64,000 nucleotides of DNA from an uncultured Gammaproteobacteria bacterium (GTDB lineage Bacteria > Patescibacteriota > Patescibacteriia > UBA11705 > JABHMO01), in NCBI GenBank assembly GCA_964590105.1, contig CAZPYM010000001.1, positions 76,768 through 140,767 of the forward strand, written 5' to 3'. Each line of letters starts with the position of its first letter. The first letter of the stretch is position 1. Shown here piece by piece: positions 18,061 through 29,121 of this stretch. Under the pieces are notes generated by a model, which was given only the letters and a program-made list of their open reading frames with translations, searched no databases and was not told the DNA's origin. The position numbers and the translations under genes were made by a program.

Positions 18061-18663
18061 TTATTTTATTTCTTGCCTCCCCTTGAGCGCATTGGCCAGC
18101 GTAACTTCATCGGCATATTCAATATCCGCGCCCATAGGCAGGCCGCGCGCCAGAAGGCTAATTTTGACGTTTAGCGGGCGGAGAATATTTTTTAGGTGAA
18201 TAATAGTGCCTTCGCCCAGAATGTCCGGATTTAGGGCTAGAATGATTTCCTGAATTTGTTGATTTTTTATTCTTTCGGTCAATTGAGAAATATTGAGCTT
18301 ATCCGGTGTGATTCCTTCCGGCGGATCGATTTTTCCGCCGAGAACATGATAGAGGCCTTTGTATTCGCCGGTGGCTTCGATTACGTTCAGGTCGTGAAAT
18401 TCTTCTACAACGCAGATGATGGAATGGTCTCTGTTTGGCGCTGAACAGACGGCGCAGTTGTTTTCAGTTTCAGAAAAATTAAAACATTGCGGGCAAGTGA
18501 AATTGTGATTGTGCAGTTCAGACAAATCGTGGGAAAACTTCAAAATAATTTCTTTTGGCTGTTTTAGCAAAGAAAAAACAAAACGCTCGGCGGTTTTTCG
18601 TCCGACGCCGGGCAGGGTTGAAAAAGAGTCAATCAGATTGCTAATTTTTTCCGGGTAGCGCAT
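18061..18663 (-). CDS. recR: recombination protein RecR
   Basis: HhH N-terminus (LPGVGRKTAERF), C4 zinc finger (CPQC…CAVC) and Toprim region. Confidence 0.85.
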   Translation of the reverse strand: MRYPEKISNLIDSFSTLPGVGRKTAERFVFSLLKQPKEIILKFSHDLSELHNHNFTCPQCFNFSETENNCAVCSAPNRDHSIICVVEEFHDLNVIEATGEYKGLYHVLGGKIDPPEGITPDKLNISQLTERIKNQQIQEIILALNPDILGEGTIIHLKNILRPLNVKISLLARGLPMGADIEYADEVTLANALKGRQEIK

Positions 18664-18713
18664 GGGAAAATAGGATAAAGAGGATTGAAGATGATAAAAG
18701 CGGTAATATTAAT

Positions 18714-18980
18714 TTAGAAAAGACCGCCGAGCTCAGACTGCATGCTCATGGCTGATTCTCTTTGCGCTCGGCTGACAGCGGCGTTCACAGCTTGCCGGAT
18801 TGAAAATTCGAGTTTGGTTTTGTTTTCCATTAGATCGTCTTGAATTATTTCAAGATTTAAAATATCGAGTTTGCCGTTGATTGTTATTTTAATCCCATTG
18901 CTTTCTTCAGTAATAATAATGCCCTGCATTTTGCTTTGCAGTTCTTTTGCTTGTTTTAATAATTTTAATTTATCGAACAT
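18714..18980 (-). CDS. ybaB: YbaB/EbfC nucleoid-associated protein
   Basis: 88-aa protein with a conserved YbaB-like N-terminus, placed upstream of recR as in many bacteria. Confidence 0.7.
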   Translation of the reverse strand: MFDKLKLLKQAKELQSKMQGIIITEESNGIKITINGKLDILNLEIIQDDLMENKTKLEFSIRQAVNAAVSRAQRESAMSMQSELGGLF

Positions 18981-19119
18981 AGGGAGTGGGTAGTAAGTAG
19001 AGACGCAAAAATTTGCGGCTGCATTATAAGTTAAAAGTTAAAAAGTAAAAGTTAAAAGTTAGAAATTGGAATCCAAGAAAGTCAGGTAGTGGAAAATAAA
19101 AAAATGAAATTGTGGAAAA

Positions 19120-20496
19120 TTAATTTTCGGCAGTGAATTTTTTATCAAGATTTTTGAAACTGGCGCGCGGTTCATCAAAAAATAGTTTAATGAGCCCGGT
19201 TGGTCCGTTTCTATGCTTGGCAATGTGTATTTCCGCCATATATCTTTCTTGTGAAGTTAATTCTTCAATCCGATAGTTGCGGTCAGCTGCTTTGCGGTAA
19301 ATGAACATAACCACGTCAGCATCTTGTTCAATCGAGCCGCTTTCTCGCAAGTTTGCCAACTTGGGAATAGCTGGTTTATTCATTTCTACGGCGCGCGACA
19401 ACTGCGAGAGGGCGAGTACAGGTAAATCCAATTCTCTGGCAATGCCTTTTAGCGCCCTTGTGATTTCCGCCACTGCCTGTACGCGGCTTTCCGCGCCGGG
19501 CCGGGCTTCCATCAATTGCAAATAATCAATAACAATCATTCCCAGATTGTGTTCTGCTTTTAGACGGCGAGCTTTTGTTCTGATTTCCATTACGTTGAGA
19601 GAGGCAGAATCGTCGATGAATATAGGCGCTTCTGACAATACTCCCATGGCGTGGCCAATGCGCGGGAAGTCATCATCTTCCTCGCGATCAGATAATTTTC
19701 CGGTTCGCATTTTCCACAGGTCGACGTTTGCTTCGGCGCAGAGCAAGCGGTCAACCAGCTGTTCTTTTGACATTTCTAAACTAAAAACGCCTACCGGAAC
19801 TTTGGCTTTGATCGCAACTTGGCGAACAATATCGAGAGCCAGAGATGTTTTTCCAACAGATGGGCGGGCGGCCAAAATTACCAGGTCGGACTTTTGCAGG
19901 CCGGCGAGAAGATTGTCCAGATCAGGAAATCCGGTTGGCACGCCGCGCAGTTTGCCGCTGCTCTTGTGCAATTCGTCAATGCGGTCAAAGGTGTCGCCAA
20001 GAATGCTGCTGATCGGCGTGAAAGATTGCTGGACAAAATTTTGTGAAACAGCAAAAAGTTTTTGCTCGGCTATGTCCAGAATTTTGTCTATGTCGTGATC
20101 TTCTTCATACGTTAATTGGGTGATTTCCGAGGATACGCTTTGCAGTCGCCTCAAAGTGGCCTTTTTTTTGATAATATTGGCATATTGAATCACGTGGCTC
20201 GAAGTGGGCACGGTATGAGACAAGGTTACCAAATAACTGCGGCCGCCGGTTTTTTCCAAATGATTTTTTTCTTCGAGAAGATTAGTTACCGTTAATAAAT
20301 CAATTGGCTCTTGCTTGGAGTACAGCGCGACCATTGTTTCGAAAATAAGTCGGTGAGCGTTTTTGTAAAAATCTTCAGGACGAATAATGTCGGCGATTTT
20401 ATCAAAAGAATCTTTGTCAATCAAAATTGAGCCTAGGAAAGATTGTTCAGCTTCCAGGTTTTGTGGCGGAATTTTGGTTTTGTCTAGTTCTTGCAT
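19120..20496 (-). CDS. dnaB: replicative DNA helicase DnaB
   Basis: DnaB N-domain plus RecA-like domain with Walker A ARPSVGKTS and the IVIDYLQL motif. Confidence 0.85.
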   Translation of the reverse strand: MQELDKTKIPPQNLEAEQSFLGSILIDKDSFDKIADIIRPEDFYKNAHRLIFETMVALYSKQEPIDLLTVTNLLEEKNHLEKTGGRSYLVTLSHTVPTSSHVIQYANIIKKKATLRRLQSVSSEITQLTYEEDHDIDKILDIAEQKLFAVSQNFVQQSFTPISSILGDTFDRIDELHKSSGKLRGVPTGFPDLDNLLAGLQKSDLVILAARPSVGKTSLALDIVRQVAIKAKVPVGVFSLEMSKEQLVDRLLCAEANVDLWKMRTGKLSDREEDDDFPRIGHAMGVLSEAPIFIDDSASLNVMEIRTKARRLKAEHNLGMIVIDYLQLMEARPGAESRVQAVAEITRALKGIARELDLPVLALSQLSRAVEMNKPAIPKLANLRESGSIEQDADVVMFIYRKAADRNYRIEELTSQERYMAEIHIAKHRNGPTGLIKLFFDEPRASFKNLDKKFTAEN

Positions 20497-20685
20497 GAGT
20501 CTAAAATTGGAAATTTGAAATTAGAAATTAGGGCAGGGGCCAAGCAATTTCCAATCCAACTTCAACCCCAGTTTCAAATTTCCAGTTTCGTTATTTCTCC
20601 CCCTCATCTTATTACATCCTTCCTGAATTAACAAGTTGATAATATCTGGATAAATCGGGCATTGAGAAGTCTATTGGCAGTAATA

Positions 20686-20714
20686 TTGACAATATTCGGA
20701 TGTTGGGCTAAAAT
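20686..20714 (+). promoter_or_regulatory. sigma70-like promoter of an orphan small transcript between dnaB and folD
   Basis: TTGACA (20686..20691), a 17-nt spacer, TAAAAT (20709..20714). Confidence 0.45.
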
Positions 20715-20720
20715 CATAGC

Positions 20721-20899
20721 GCGTTGGCCCGATTGTGGCCCAGTTTCTTGAATAGCCCCGCCAAAGGCGTGGCGCAAACCATGTTGACGCGGCAGAGCCG
20801 CAACTTGCGATGATAAGAGAAATATGAGGAGGGACTACGAATGACTGGCGATTGGCCGTAAAGCAAGGCTGAACCCCATTGGGTTCAGCTATTTTTTTT
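20721..20899 (+). ncRNA. candidate ~180-nt small RNA (GC-rich, hairpin-rich) ending in an intrinsic terminator; carries a 6-codon mini-ORF with a strong SD
   Basis: Promoter upstream; hairpins ggcccgattgtggcc, cgcc-aaa-ggcg and gcgg-cagag-ccgc; terminator gctgaaccc-catt-gggttcagc plus a T-run (20866..20899). GAGGAGGGA then ATGACTGGCGATTGGCCGTAA encodes MTGDWP. Confidence 0.35.
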
Positions 20900-21730
20900 C
20901 ATCAGATGAAGTTGAACTAAATTGCGCAGTAGCATGGCAATGGTCATGGGCCCGACTCCGCCGGGCACCGGCGTTATAAATTTAACTTTATTTAGAACGC
21001 TATTGTAATCAACGTCGCCCACAATTTTGTCGCCAAGTTTATTTATGCCGACATCAATTATTGTTGCATCTTTTTTTATCATGTCTGTATTAATAAAAAG
21101 AGGTTTACCAATTGCGACAATTAAAACATCAGCTTTTTTTACGGCTGTCTGCCATTTTTTGTCTTCCAATGTTTTTGCTTTTACTTTATTGTCTTTGCCC
21201 CAGACGCAGGAAAATGGCGCTGCAAAAAGCAGGTGATTGCAAAGGATAACTATTTCCTTGTTTTTGATTTCCTGGCCGGTTGAATTTACCAGTTCAACGA
21301 TCGCGAGCGGTAGAGGCGGCAGGAGCCGGTATTCGCATTTTTGCATTTTTTCATGATTTTTTGGATGAAAGCCGTCAATGTCTTTTCGATAATCAAGCGC
21401 CTTGATTATTCTTTCTGTATTATATTTTGGCGGCAATGGTAATTGGATCAGGATGCCGGTAGTTTCCGGATCATTATTTAAAAATTTTATGCAGTCAATG
21501 ATTTCTTTTTCAGTATAATCGCCTTCAAAAAGATATTGGTGAAAATTAATGTCGCAATCATTACAGGCGTGTTTTTTTAATTTGACGTATAGGTGAGAAG
21601 CTGAATCATTGCCAATTAAAATAGCGGCCAGTCCGGGGTTAATTCCTAATTCGCGAATTTGTTCTTTGGTTTTTTGCAAGAATTTTTTGCTTAACTCTTT
21701 GCCGTTTATAATTTTGTCATCGCGATTCAT
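20885..21730 (-). CDS. folD: bifunctional methylenetetrahydrofolate dehydrogenase/cyclohydrolase
   Basis: FolD N- and C-terminal domains (…GVGPMT…). Confidence 0.85.
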   Translation of the reverse strand: MNRDDKIINGKELSKKFLQKTKEQIRELGINPGLAAILIGNDSASHLYVKLKKHACNDCDINFHQYLFEGDYTEKEIIDCIKFLNNDPETTGILIQLPLPPKYNTERIIKALDYRKDIDGFHPKNHEKMQKCEYRLLPPLPLAIVELVNSTGQEIKNKEIVILCNHLLFAAPFSCVWGKDNKVKAKTLEDKKWQTAVKKADVLIVAIGKPLFINTDMIKKDATIIDVGINKLGDKIVGDVDYNSVLNKVKFITPVPGGVGPMTIAMLLRNLVQLHLMKKNS

Positions 21731-21740
21731 GAAAATTTAT

Positions 21741-22991
21741 TTAATCGTTTAATTCTGGATACAGCGAAAATTTTGAAGTTAAATCAAGAACTTGTTGTTT
21801 GATTTTTTTAAGATTACCGTCCTGGCCTTTACTACTCAAGGTTTCGGAAATTAATTCGCCAACCAGTTCAAAATCTTGTTCCTTGAATCCGCGGGTGGTC
21901 ATGGCCGGCGTGCCGACGCGAATACCCGACGGATCCATCGGGCTTCTTGGATCGTCCGGAATCATGTTTTTGTTGCAGGTAATGCCGACAGAATCAAGCA
22001 GTTCTTGCGCTTCGCGTCCGCTGACATTTTTGTTTGATACGTCAATTAGCAGTAAATGGTTTTCCGTTGTGCCAAAAGCGATTTTAAAATCTTTTTCTTT
22101 TAATTTATTTTCCAGGGCTTTGGCATTTTTCATAATTTGTCCGGCGTATTCCCGGAATTCCGGCTGAAGAGCCTCGCCAAAAGCCACGGCTTTCGCGGCA
22201 ATATTGTGTTCGTGCGGACCGCCTTGCAGGCCGGGAAAAACAGCTTTGTCAATTTGTTTGGCCAGTTTTTCTTTGCACAAGATCATGCCGCCCCGAGGGC
22301 CGCGTAAAGTTTTGTGGGTTGTTGTCGTGACAACATCAAATAATGGCACGGGATTGTTCATTTTTCCAGCGGCAATCAGGCCGGCGATGTGAGCAATATC
22401 AGCCATTGTAAGCGCGTTTACTTTATCGGCGATTTGTTTAATTTTTTCATAATCAATTTCCCGCGAATATGCAGAGTAGCCGACGAGAATTAATTTGGGC
22501 TTATGCTCTTCGGCCATTTGTAAAAGATTGTCATAATCAATCAGGCCGGTGTTTTTGTCGGTTTTGTATCGGATAAAATTAAAAATTTTTGACATGCAGG
22601 TTACCGGATGGCCGTGCGTTAAATGTCCGCCATGAGACAAGTCCATGCCAAGTATTGTGTCGCCCGGCGAGAGTAGAGCAAAATAAGCGGCAATATTGGC
22701 CGGCGCGCCTGACAGCGGTTGGACATTGACATGCTCGGCGCCGAATAATTGTTTGGCTCTTTCAATGGCCAAGAGTTCAACAATATCAACGTTTTCCGTG
22801 CCGCCGTAATATCTGTTGCCGGGATAGCCTTCGGAATATTTATTGGTCAGGACACTGCCAAGCGCTTCCAGGACAGCGACTGAAACAAAATTTTCAGAAG
22901 GAATAAGTTCAATAACATTTTGCTGGCGCAGGAGTTCATTTTTTATTGCTTGCGCGATTTCAGGATCCTGTATTGATAATTTGTTCAGCAT
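21741..22991 (-). CDS. glyA: serine hydroxymethyltransferase
   Basis: SHMT motifs, including the PLP-lysine region ([14 protein letters not shown]). Confidence 0.9.
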   Translation of the reverse strand: MLNKLSIQDPEIAQAIKNELLRQQNVIELIPSENFVSVAVLEALGSVLTNKYSEGYPGNRYYGGTENVDIVELLAIERAKQLFGAEHVNVQPLSGAPANIAAYFALLSPGDTILGMDLSHGGHLTHGHPVTCMSKIFNFIRYKTDKNTGLIDYDNLLQMAEEHKPKLILVGYSAYSREIDYEKIKQIADKVNALTMADIAHIAGLIAAGKMNNPVPLFDVVTTTTHKTLRGPRGGMILCKEKLAKQIDKAVFPGLQGGPHEHNIAAKAVAFGEALQPEFREYAGQIMKNAKALENKLKEKDFKIAFGTTENHLLLIDVSNKNVSGREAQELLDSVGITCNKNMIPDDPRSPMDPSGIRVGTPAMTTRGFKEQDFELVGELISETLSSKGQDGNLKKIKQQVLDLTSKFSLYPELND

Positions 22992-22996
22992 AAGAA

Positions 22997-24907
22997 TTAT
23001 TTAAATTCTAAAGATATTTCATTGCTATATGTTCCGCAAACACTGCCGAGATTTTGGCAGACGCTGAAATAATATGTTTTGCCTGATTCAAGTCCTGCCC
23101 ATACGTCAGTTGTCTCGCTAGCCGAAGTTAGCAAGTGATGTCCTTGGCCAGGGAAACTGACGCCCGGTGTTTCACTGATAATACTTTTAAATCCCTTAGT
23201 TATTTCCAGGTCGCTTACCTGCCAATTTAAATTGATCTGACCACCAGTTGATGTTCCAGACAAGGTAATGGTACCTGTTGGCGCAGTTTCAGTGACAGTA
23301 ATGTTGGCATTATTGCTATAAACAACACATTGATTGTTTTTCAGAAGACAGACCCGGAAAAAATAGATTGCCGGACTTAGTTTTTTCCAGGTGTCGTTGC
23401 GTTCATTGCTATTTAAAGAATGATATGAATTACCGGGATATGCCGGATCTTTTGTTTGCGAAATAATTGATTTAAATCCTTCGGCCGGATTAATGTCATT
23501 GCTTATTGACCAGCTGAGACTGACATCGTCTTTGTCAGCGGAAGCATTTAAATTGATTTGTCCGGTTGTTTTTTCTCCGGCGCCAATGCTTGCATTGTAA
23601 TTATTACTATATGCCAGGCATTTGCCGTCGGTGGAATATGCGCAGACGCGGAAAAAGTAATCGCCGTCGACAAGGCCAGCCCATTGGTCGCTTGATGCCG
23701 CGCTTTCAATTGTGTGGTACGGATTATTGGGAAAAGTGGGATTTTCCGCATTGGCCTGAACAACTTTGTATTCTTTTAAATTATCAATACTGTCTGTAGT
23801 CCATTCCAGAGCCACAGTGTTTTCTTTTTTCGAACCTTTTAGAATGATTTCAATTTTTTGTTTGTTTGAGGTGACGAAAATTGTTTTTTTGTTAAGGTTT
23901 TTGCCTTTTTTAACAGTGATTTCGATTTCATTTTCTCCGGGCGACAGCAGATAATCAGTTTCAAAGCTTCCTTGATTGTTATCAACTTCTTGGCCGGACA
24001 TAAAAATTTCAGCACCCGGATCGGTTTGTCCTTTGATAGTCACTTTTTCGCTGTCTGTTTGAGTTTTTGTTTCAGCCGGCTCGGTCAGGACGAGCGGAAC
24101 TGCTTTTTCAAAAACACCGAGAAAGTGATTTTCCTCCCGGTCTCGTTCCAAATTCCAGGCGTACCAGCTGTCGTTCAAAAGGTCGGCAATTGAAACTTCT
24201 TCTGTTTGGATCATTTTGCCGAACTCGAGCGTAGGATTGACAGACGCTTTGGTGCCTTGCTCTACGGTTCTCATGTTAATGATATCTTCTTGGTCGTATA
24301 TTTTTAATTTAATTTTTCCCTCAGTCACTGTGACATAGGTTAATTTGCTGCTAACAAGAGTATTAAAAGCAGTGCCAAGCGCGGTAATTTCAGTATTACC
24401 ATTTGTTACTCGGTAAATAGCAGTTGATTCGCTGTTGACGCGGTGAAAAGCTGTGCCGCTTATTTGTTCGATTACTACATCAGACATTCCCATTTGGGTA
24501 ATTCTTAATTCGCTTTTTTCCGATAGCCTGATTTGACTCTTGTCCGGCAGTTCAATCACTGCTCTCGCGGCGTCATTGGTTCTGACAATGTCATTCATCT
24601 GAATTTGATAATTATCACCGATTTCTTGCCACGGCTGATCCTCGGTTTTGATTTCAATTGTTCCAGTTGAATAAATAAGCTTGGCCGCTGTTATGGGGAT
24701 ATTGTCCTGGTCTGAATATTTTTGCCTGTTGTTGGCTTCATCTTCGGTTTTTTGAATTGACCAATAAATAAAGCCAGCTACCAAAATTATGATAACCAGT
24801 AAAATATAAAAGCCCTTTGTTTTTCGAAAAGGTTTTTTGTAATAACTGCGGTGAGCTGAGCTATAGGCGCTTGAAGAATGTGTGTTCATAGGTGATATGT
24901 AGACCAA
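22997..24907 (-). CDS. membrane-anchored protein with a FecR-like domain and three C-terminal fibronectin-III-like repeats
   Basis: N-terminal TM ([19 protein letters not shown]); three repeats each ending …YFFRVC…YSNN. Confidence 0.5.
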   Translation of the reverse strand: MVYISPMNTHSSSAYSSAHRSYYKKPFRKTKGFYILLVIIILVAGFIYWSIQKTEDEANNRQKYSDQDNIPITAAKLIYSTGTIEIKTEDQPWQEIGDNYQIQMNDIVRTNDAARAVIELPDKSQIRLSEKSELRITQMGMSDVVIEQISGTAFHRVNSESTAIYRVTNGNTEITALGTAFNTLVSSKLTYVTVTEGKIKLKIYDQEDIINMRTVEQGTKASVNPTLEFGKMIQTEEVSIADLLNDSWYAWNLERDREENHFLGVFEKAVPLVLTEPAETKTQTDSEKVTIKGQTDPGAEIFMSGQEVDNNQGSFETDYLLSPGENEIEITVKKGKNLNKKTIFVTSNKQKIEIILKGSKKENTVALEWTTDSIDNLKEYKVVQANAENPTFPNNPYHTIESAASSDQWAGLVDGDYFFRVCAYSTDGKCLAYSNNYNASIGAGEKTTGQINLNASADKDDVSLSWSISNDINPAEGFKSIISQTKDPAYPGNSYHSLNSNERNDTWKKLSPAIYFFRVCLLKNNQCVVYSNNANITVTETAPTGTITLSGTSTGGQINLNWQVSDLEITKGFKSIISETPGVSFPGQGHHLLTSASETTDVWAGLESGKTYYFSVCQNLGSVCGTYSNEISLEFK

Positions 24908-24983
24908 TTAAAATTTTAACTTATTTTGTGAGTTTTAACAAGTTGGCAACCAAGTTAATCGAGTTAATCAACTAATTAACCAA

Positions 24984-26594
24984 TCAACTAATCAACTTTT
25001 TTGTCATATACGTGCCCTCAAGCTTGTATCCCAGTTTTCTGTAAAATCCGCGCACGCCGATACCGGAGATAACTGCGATTTTTTTAAAACCTTTTTTACG
25101 AGCGATCATTTCAGCTTCATGCGTTAATTTTGTTCCCAACCCGGTATGTTGAATTGAAGTACGGATTACGGATTTGCTTTGAGCTAAGGAAACCAAGCGT
25201 CCATAAGTATGGACTTCGCGGATCATGGCGCAGTCTTGAATTTCTTTAATAATATTTTGTTCTGATTTTTCCGGCAGACGCAGGCGCAGGAAAGCGTACA
25301 ACTTTTTTTTGTTTGGCGAAGCAAATTGTAAAAAGTATTCACTAGCATCTGAGGCTTGATATTTCTTTGTAAATAATTTGGCTTGGCTTAAATTTTTAAT
25401 GTCTTCTCTGGCTTCACGACAACGAATGCATTTACACCATTTACCTTCAGCTTTCAATTTGGTTTGAAGTGTCTGACGGAGATTACTGACCAGATTGCCG
25501 GCTTCAATACTTTCTTTTGGAATGTCGCGAATTAATCGAATGATTCGAACATATTCAGGTGTGGATAACTTTAATTGAAAAAGTAAATCCAAAAGTTGTT
25601 TGTCAGTGTAAGGTTTATATTTGCCCTGTTTCCACCATTTGAAAAGCAAGGAGTTTTTTGTAACTACAGTGGGATAAATTTTTATCAGATCCGGCTGAAA
25701 ATCCTGATTTGTAAAAAGTTTTTTAAAATTTTGCAGATCTTTTGCCGGGGTCGCGCCCGGTAAGTTTGGCATCAGGTGATAGGCGACTTTGAAGCCGGTT
25801 TGTTTGAATAATTTTGTTGCCCGAATTATTTCACCGGTTCCGTGTCCGCGTTTATTTAATTTTAAAATTTTGTCGTCAGCGATTTGTACGCCGAGTTCAA
25901 CTTTTGTAGCGCCGAGTTCCCGCCAGTATTTAATTTCCTCGGCATCAATATAATCCGGCCGCGTTTCGAGCGTCAGTGCCACGATTCTGTGTTTGGCTTT
26001 TTCATTGAGCTTGTGAGCTTGACGGATGTTTTTTGAAGTTTTGGAATTGCAGGCGTCAAAACAGCGTTTCACAAACCATTTTTGATATTGCCGCGGCAAG
26101 TATGACCAGGTGCCGCCCATGATGATCAATTCAATTTTGTCTGTGGCGTGGCCGTTGTTTTCCAGAGCCCTTAGCCGGGATTTTACCTGAATAAAAGGGT
26201 TAAAGCGCGCCGCTATCGCCCGCATTACAGCCGGCTCGTTTGACAGGTAGCTCTTTGGCATGTTTTTTTCATCGGGGCAGTAGGCGCATTTCCCGGGGCA
26301 GGGAAATGGTTTTGTCAGAACAGCGACCGGCGCCACGCCGGATAGAGTGCGGATTTTTCTTTTTTGCAAAAGTTTTTCCAAGTCTTTATTTTGTTTAATC
26401 TTGTTTTGTTTAATGAGCCGGCGATACAAATTCAAAAGCTCGGCATTTGAAATCATGCCGGCTTTGTTTTTATTGGCGGATCGTCGTTTGATTTTATTCA
26501 GGCGATTATAATTCTTGATTTTCATTGCCGCCAATTCAAAAAGTAGTTGTTGCGCTCCTTCAGTAGCGCTTTTAGTAAATCGGTTCGAAGTCAT
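24984..26594 (-). CDS. Elp3-like radical SAM / GNAT acetyltransferase (bacterial elongator protein 3 homologue)
   Basis: CPGKCAYCP (CxxxCxxC) radical-SAM cluster and a C-terminal GNAT fold (…HTGLGTKL…). Confidence 0.7.
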   Translation of the reverse strand: MTSNRFTKSATEGAQQLLFELAAMKIKNYNRLNKIKRRSANKNKAGMISNAELLNLYRRLIKQNKIKQNKDLEKLLQKRKIRTLSGVAPVAVLTKPFPCPGKCAYCPDEKNMPKSYLSNEPAVMRAIAARFNPFIQVKSRLRALENNGHATDKIELIIMGGTWSYLPRQYQKWFVKRCFDACNSKTSKNIRQAHKLNEKAKHRIVALTLETRPDYIDAEEIKYWRELGATKVELGVQIADDKILKLNKRGHGTGEIIRATKLFKQTGFKVAYHLMPNLPGATPAKDLQNFKKLFTNQDFQPDLIKIYPTVVTKNSLLFKWWKQGKYKPYTDKQLLDLLFQLKLSTPEYVRIIRLIRDIPKESIEAGNLVSNLRQTLQTKLKAEGKWCKCIRCREAREDIKNLSQAKLFTKKYQASDASEYFLQFASPNKKKLYAFLRLRLPEKSEQNIIKEIQDCAMIREVHTYGRLVSLAQSKSVIRTSIQHTGLGTKLTHEAEMIARKKGFKKIAVISGIGVRGFYRKLGYKLEGTYMTKKLIS

Positions 26595-27657
26595 TGATTA
26601 TTTGGCTGAAATAATTTTCGTACATCTCTATATCGCTTTCATTGAAAATAATAAGTTCGAGGTGAATAAATCTTTTTGTGTTGATCATGATGTCCAGATA
26701 AATTTCCGCGCCTTTTTTAAATTCTTCATCGTCGCGCGTAAAGTCAGTGTTGTATTTGAATTTCTGATATTTGGCCGGCTTGACCCCGATCTGAATTTCT
26801 TCATCGGTTATTTTTTCTGATGATCCGACTTTGCTGACATTAAAATGACTTAACGTAAAATCCTTGTCTGATTCCAAAACGTAAATTTTCATCCGACCGG
26901 CGTTTGCTGACGGAGTTAAAACTAATTTGTGAACAATGTCCATGCTTTTGAATGAGGAAAGCTTGTCAGTGTCTGGATTGATTGCCTTGGACCAGCTATT
27001 CGGGTATTTCATTTTATATTTGCCGGCTGCTTCGAAAGTCGTTTTTACATAATTGGCCGCGATTTTGTTCAGATTGGCATTGCTGATGCCAATGCCCAGA
27101 TTGTACATTATTTCAAAAGCATTCCCGGGCCGGCCGAGAAAATAGCGCTTGGAATCATTTGGGTTCAGATACCAGGCTTCGCCCTTTTTTTCGACTTGTA
27201 ACAAGATTCTGCCTTTTAATTTATTGACCAGCGCCAAATTGGCCGGCAGTTTGTCGGGGCCGTTTGGATTATACCAGTTGGCGATTTCACTTTTATCAGA
27301 ATAATCATCGCCGTCCGAATCAGCGCTATTTGGATTGGTGCCAATGGCCAGTTCCATATCATCAGGCAGGCCATCCTGATCACTGTCAGTACCGGAATAA
27401 TTGATTAGTCCGATCGGAATTTGAGCAAGGTTCTTATTGGAAATGCCGAGACCAAAAGTTCGCATAATGCCAAAAGCATCAGCCGGGCGGCCGAGATAGT
27501 AGCGCAGGCCGTCAGTCGGATTAACATACCAGGCTTCGCCTTTTTGTTCCACCTGCAAATAAATTTTGCCGGCATGCAAACTGGCGGCGCTTGCTAAAAT
27601 GGGGGCAAATGATATAATGACAATGCTAAAAATCGCGAGCTTTAAATAGCTTTTCAT
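26572..27657 (-). CDS. secreted protein with an internally duplicated domain and thrombospondin-type-3-like Asp repeats
   Basis: Signal peptide; duplicated segment (GKIYLQVEQKGEAWYVNPTDGLRYYLGRP… / GRILLQVEKKGEAWYLNPNDSKRYFLGRP…); DSDQDGLPDD…DSDGDDYSD. Confidence 0.5.
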   Translation of the reverse strand: MKSYLKLAIFSIVIISFAPILASAASLHAGKIYLQVEQKGEAWYVNPTDGLRYYLGRPADAFGIMRTFGLGISNKNLAQIPIGLINYSGTDSDQDGLPDDMELAIGTNPNSADSDGDDYSDKSEIANWYNPNGPDKLPANLALVNKLKGRILLQVEKKGEAWYLNPNDSKRYFLGRPGNAFEIMYNLGIGISNANLNKIAANYVKTTFEAAGKYKMKYPNSWSKAINPDTDKLSSFKSMDIVHKLVLTPSANAGRMKIYVLESDKDFTLSHFNVSKVGSSEKITDEEIQIGVKPAKYQKFKYNTDFTRDDEEFKKGAEIYLDIMINTKRFIHLELIIFNESDIEMYENYFSQIINDFEPIY

Positions 27658-27688
27658 AATAATAAATAGTTATTGTTCTTTCTATATT

Positions 27689-28321
27689 ATGCTGGAAATT
27701 CAGCAGATAGTCAATGAAGAGGAGGATGTTCAGATGAAAGAAAATCCAATTGCCAGGTTTGCGGCGCGGGCCATGATTGAAGCTGAAGAATTGGTCAGGG
27801 GAAACCCTGGGCTTTTCCACACGATTATCCTGGACGACTGGCGCCAGGTCAGATTAATTTTTGATTCGGAGTGTTCAGTCACTTGCCATTATTATGAGGC
27901 GTGTCTTGAAACTTGCTATCATCGGCAATTATTCCCCCTTGACATACAAGAGGCTACCGAGCAGGGTCCGTTGAGAAAAACCTTGTACGACTTGACTTCT
28001 GATAAGGATAAATTTCTTTACGGTCCGGAACGTTTCTTGCCGTGCAAGACAATAAGCCGATATGCTGAATGTTTCATCAGGTGTATTTTGCTTGATGAAG
28101 AAATGAAAGAGCCTGTTAAACTTGAAGAAGAATTGGAACTGGTGAGGAATTTCCTCGTTGTCTATACTGATTCCCCTCTGGGTTGCGACGAGGTGGCTGC
28201 GGCGGCAAAGGAACAGATTGTCCTCGCGATTTTGGCCGGCGCGCCGGAAGAGCAGAGGAAGATGATTGTCATTAGTCTGACCAAGCTGGGTTGGGATTTT
28301 GCAAAGAATGTTTTCGTTTGA
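27689..28321 (+). CDS. hypothetical Cys-containing protein
   Basis: 210-aa ORF, somewhat GC-richer than its flanks; no recognised family. Confidence 0.4.
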   Translation: MLEIQQIVNEEEDVQMKENPIARFAARAMIEAEELVRGNPGLFHTIILDDWRQVRLIFDSECSVTCHYYEACLETCYHRQLFPLDIQEATEQGPLRKTLYDLTSDKDKFLYGPERFLPCKTISRYAECFIRCILLDEEMKEPVKLEEELELVRNFLVVYTDSPLGCDEVAAAAKEQIVLAILAGAPEEQRKMIVISLTKLGWDFAKNVFV

Positions 28322-28362
28322 AAACAAATATGGCCGCTACTCTGTAGCGGCTTATTAAAAAT

Positions 28363-29085
28363 ATGGACTTAAACGAATTAAATAAACAAAGTTATAACAA
28401 GATTGCTGAACTTTTTGCCAGTACTCGAGGTTATATTTGGGGGGATATTAATTTGTTGATTAATTACGTTAAGGCGGGAGATAAAGTTCTTGACGTTGGA
28501 TGCGGGAATGGAAGGCTAGGTAAAAGTTTAAAGGTAAAAGGTAAAAGTATAGGCTATATTGGAATTGATAACAGTGAAAAGTTAATAGAACAGGCGCGAA
28601 GGGCTTATTCTGATATAAAGTTTGAAGTAGCTGATATCTTGGAATTTGGTGCTTCGAACTGGGCGCTTGAAAGCTTTGATGTCGTTTTTATGAATTCGGT
28701 CTTAAATCATTTTCCAAAGGATAAACAAACGCAGGTTTTGAGAAATGTAAAAAAGGTCCTTCGACCGGACGGAAAGCTTTTGATGGTCAATTGGAATCTA
28801 TGGAATATAAATAATTTAAAATCAATTTGGCGGAATATTCCTTTTGTCAAAATTATTTTTGGTGGAGAAAGAGGGGTTGTTACCCGCTGGAAGACAACCG
28901 GAATTGACGTGCCGCTATATTATTATGCTTTTACCAAAGGTGAAATAAAGCGGTTGTTGAAAAAAAACGGATTTAAAATTATTAAAAACTATTACAGCGC
29001 CAAAAATGATCCTGATCAGCCGGGGAGGAAAAGCTGGTGGTTGTTTGGCTTGAATATTGTGACGATTGCACGAGCAAAAGATTAA
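28363..29085 (+). CDS. class I SAM-dependent methyltransferase
   Basis: VLDVGCGNGRL motif I and a Rossmann MTase layout. Confidence 0.7.
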   Translation: MDLNELNKQSYNKIAELFASTRGYIWGDINLLINYVKAGDKVLDVGCGNGRLGKSLKVKGKSIGYIGIDNSEKLIEQARRAYSDIKFEVADILEFGASNWALESFDVVFMNSVLNHFPKDKQTQVLRNVKKVLRPDGKLLMVNWNLWNINNLKSIWRNIPFVKIIFGGERGVVTRWKTTGIDVPLYYYAFTKGEIKRLLKKNGFKIIKNYYSAKNDPDQPGRKSWWLFGLNIVTIARAKD

Positions 29086-29121
29086 TCGAGTGAATTGTAA
29101 TTAAGCTGATTTTTTAGTAGA

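Noticed and set aside
19301-20098. Several 74-183-aa + strand ORFs inside dnaB
   Set aside because: They are antisense to a strongly supported dnaB reading frame and give Arg/Ser-rich nonsense translations.
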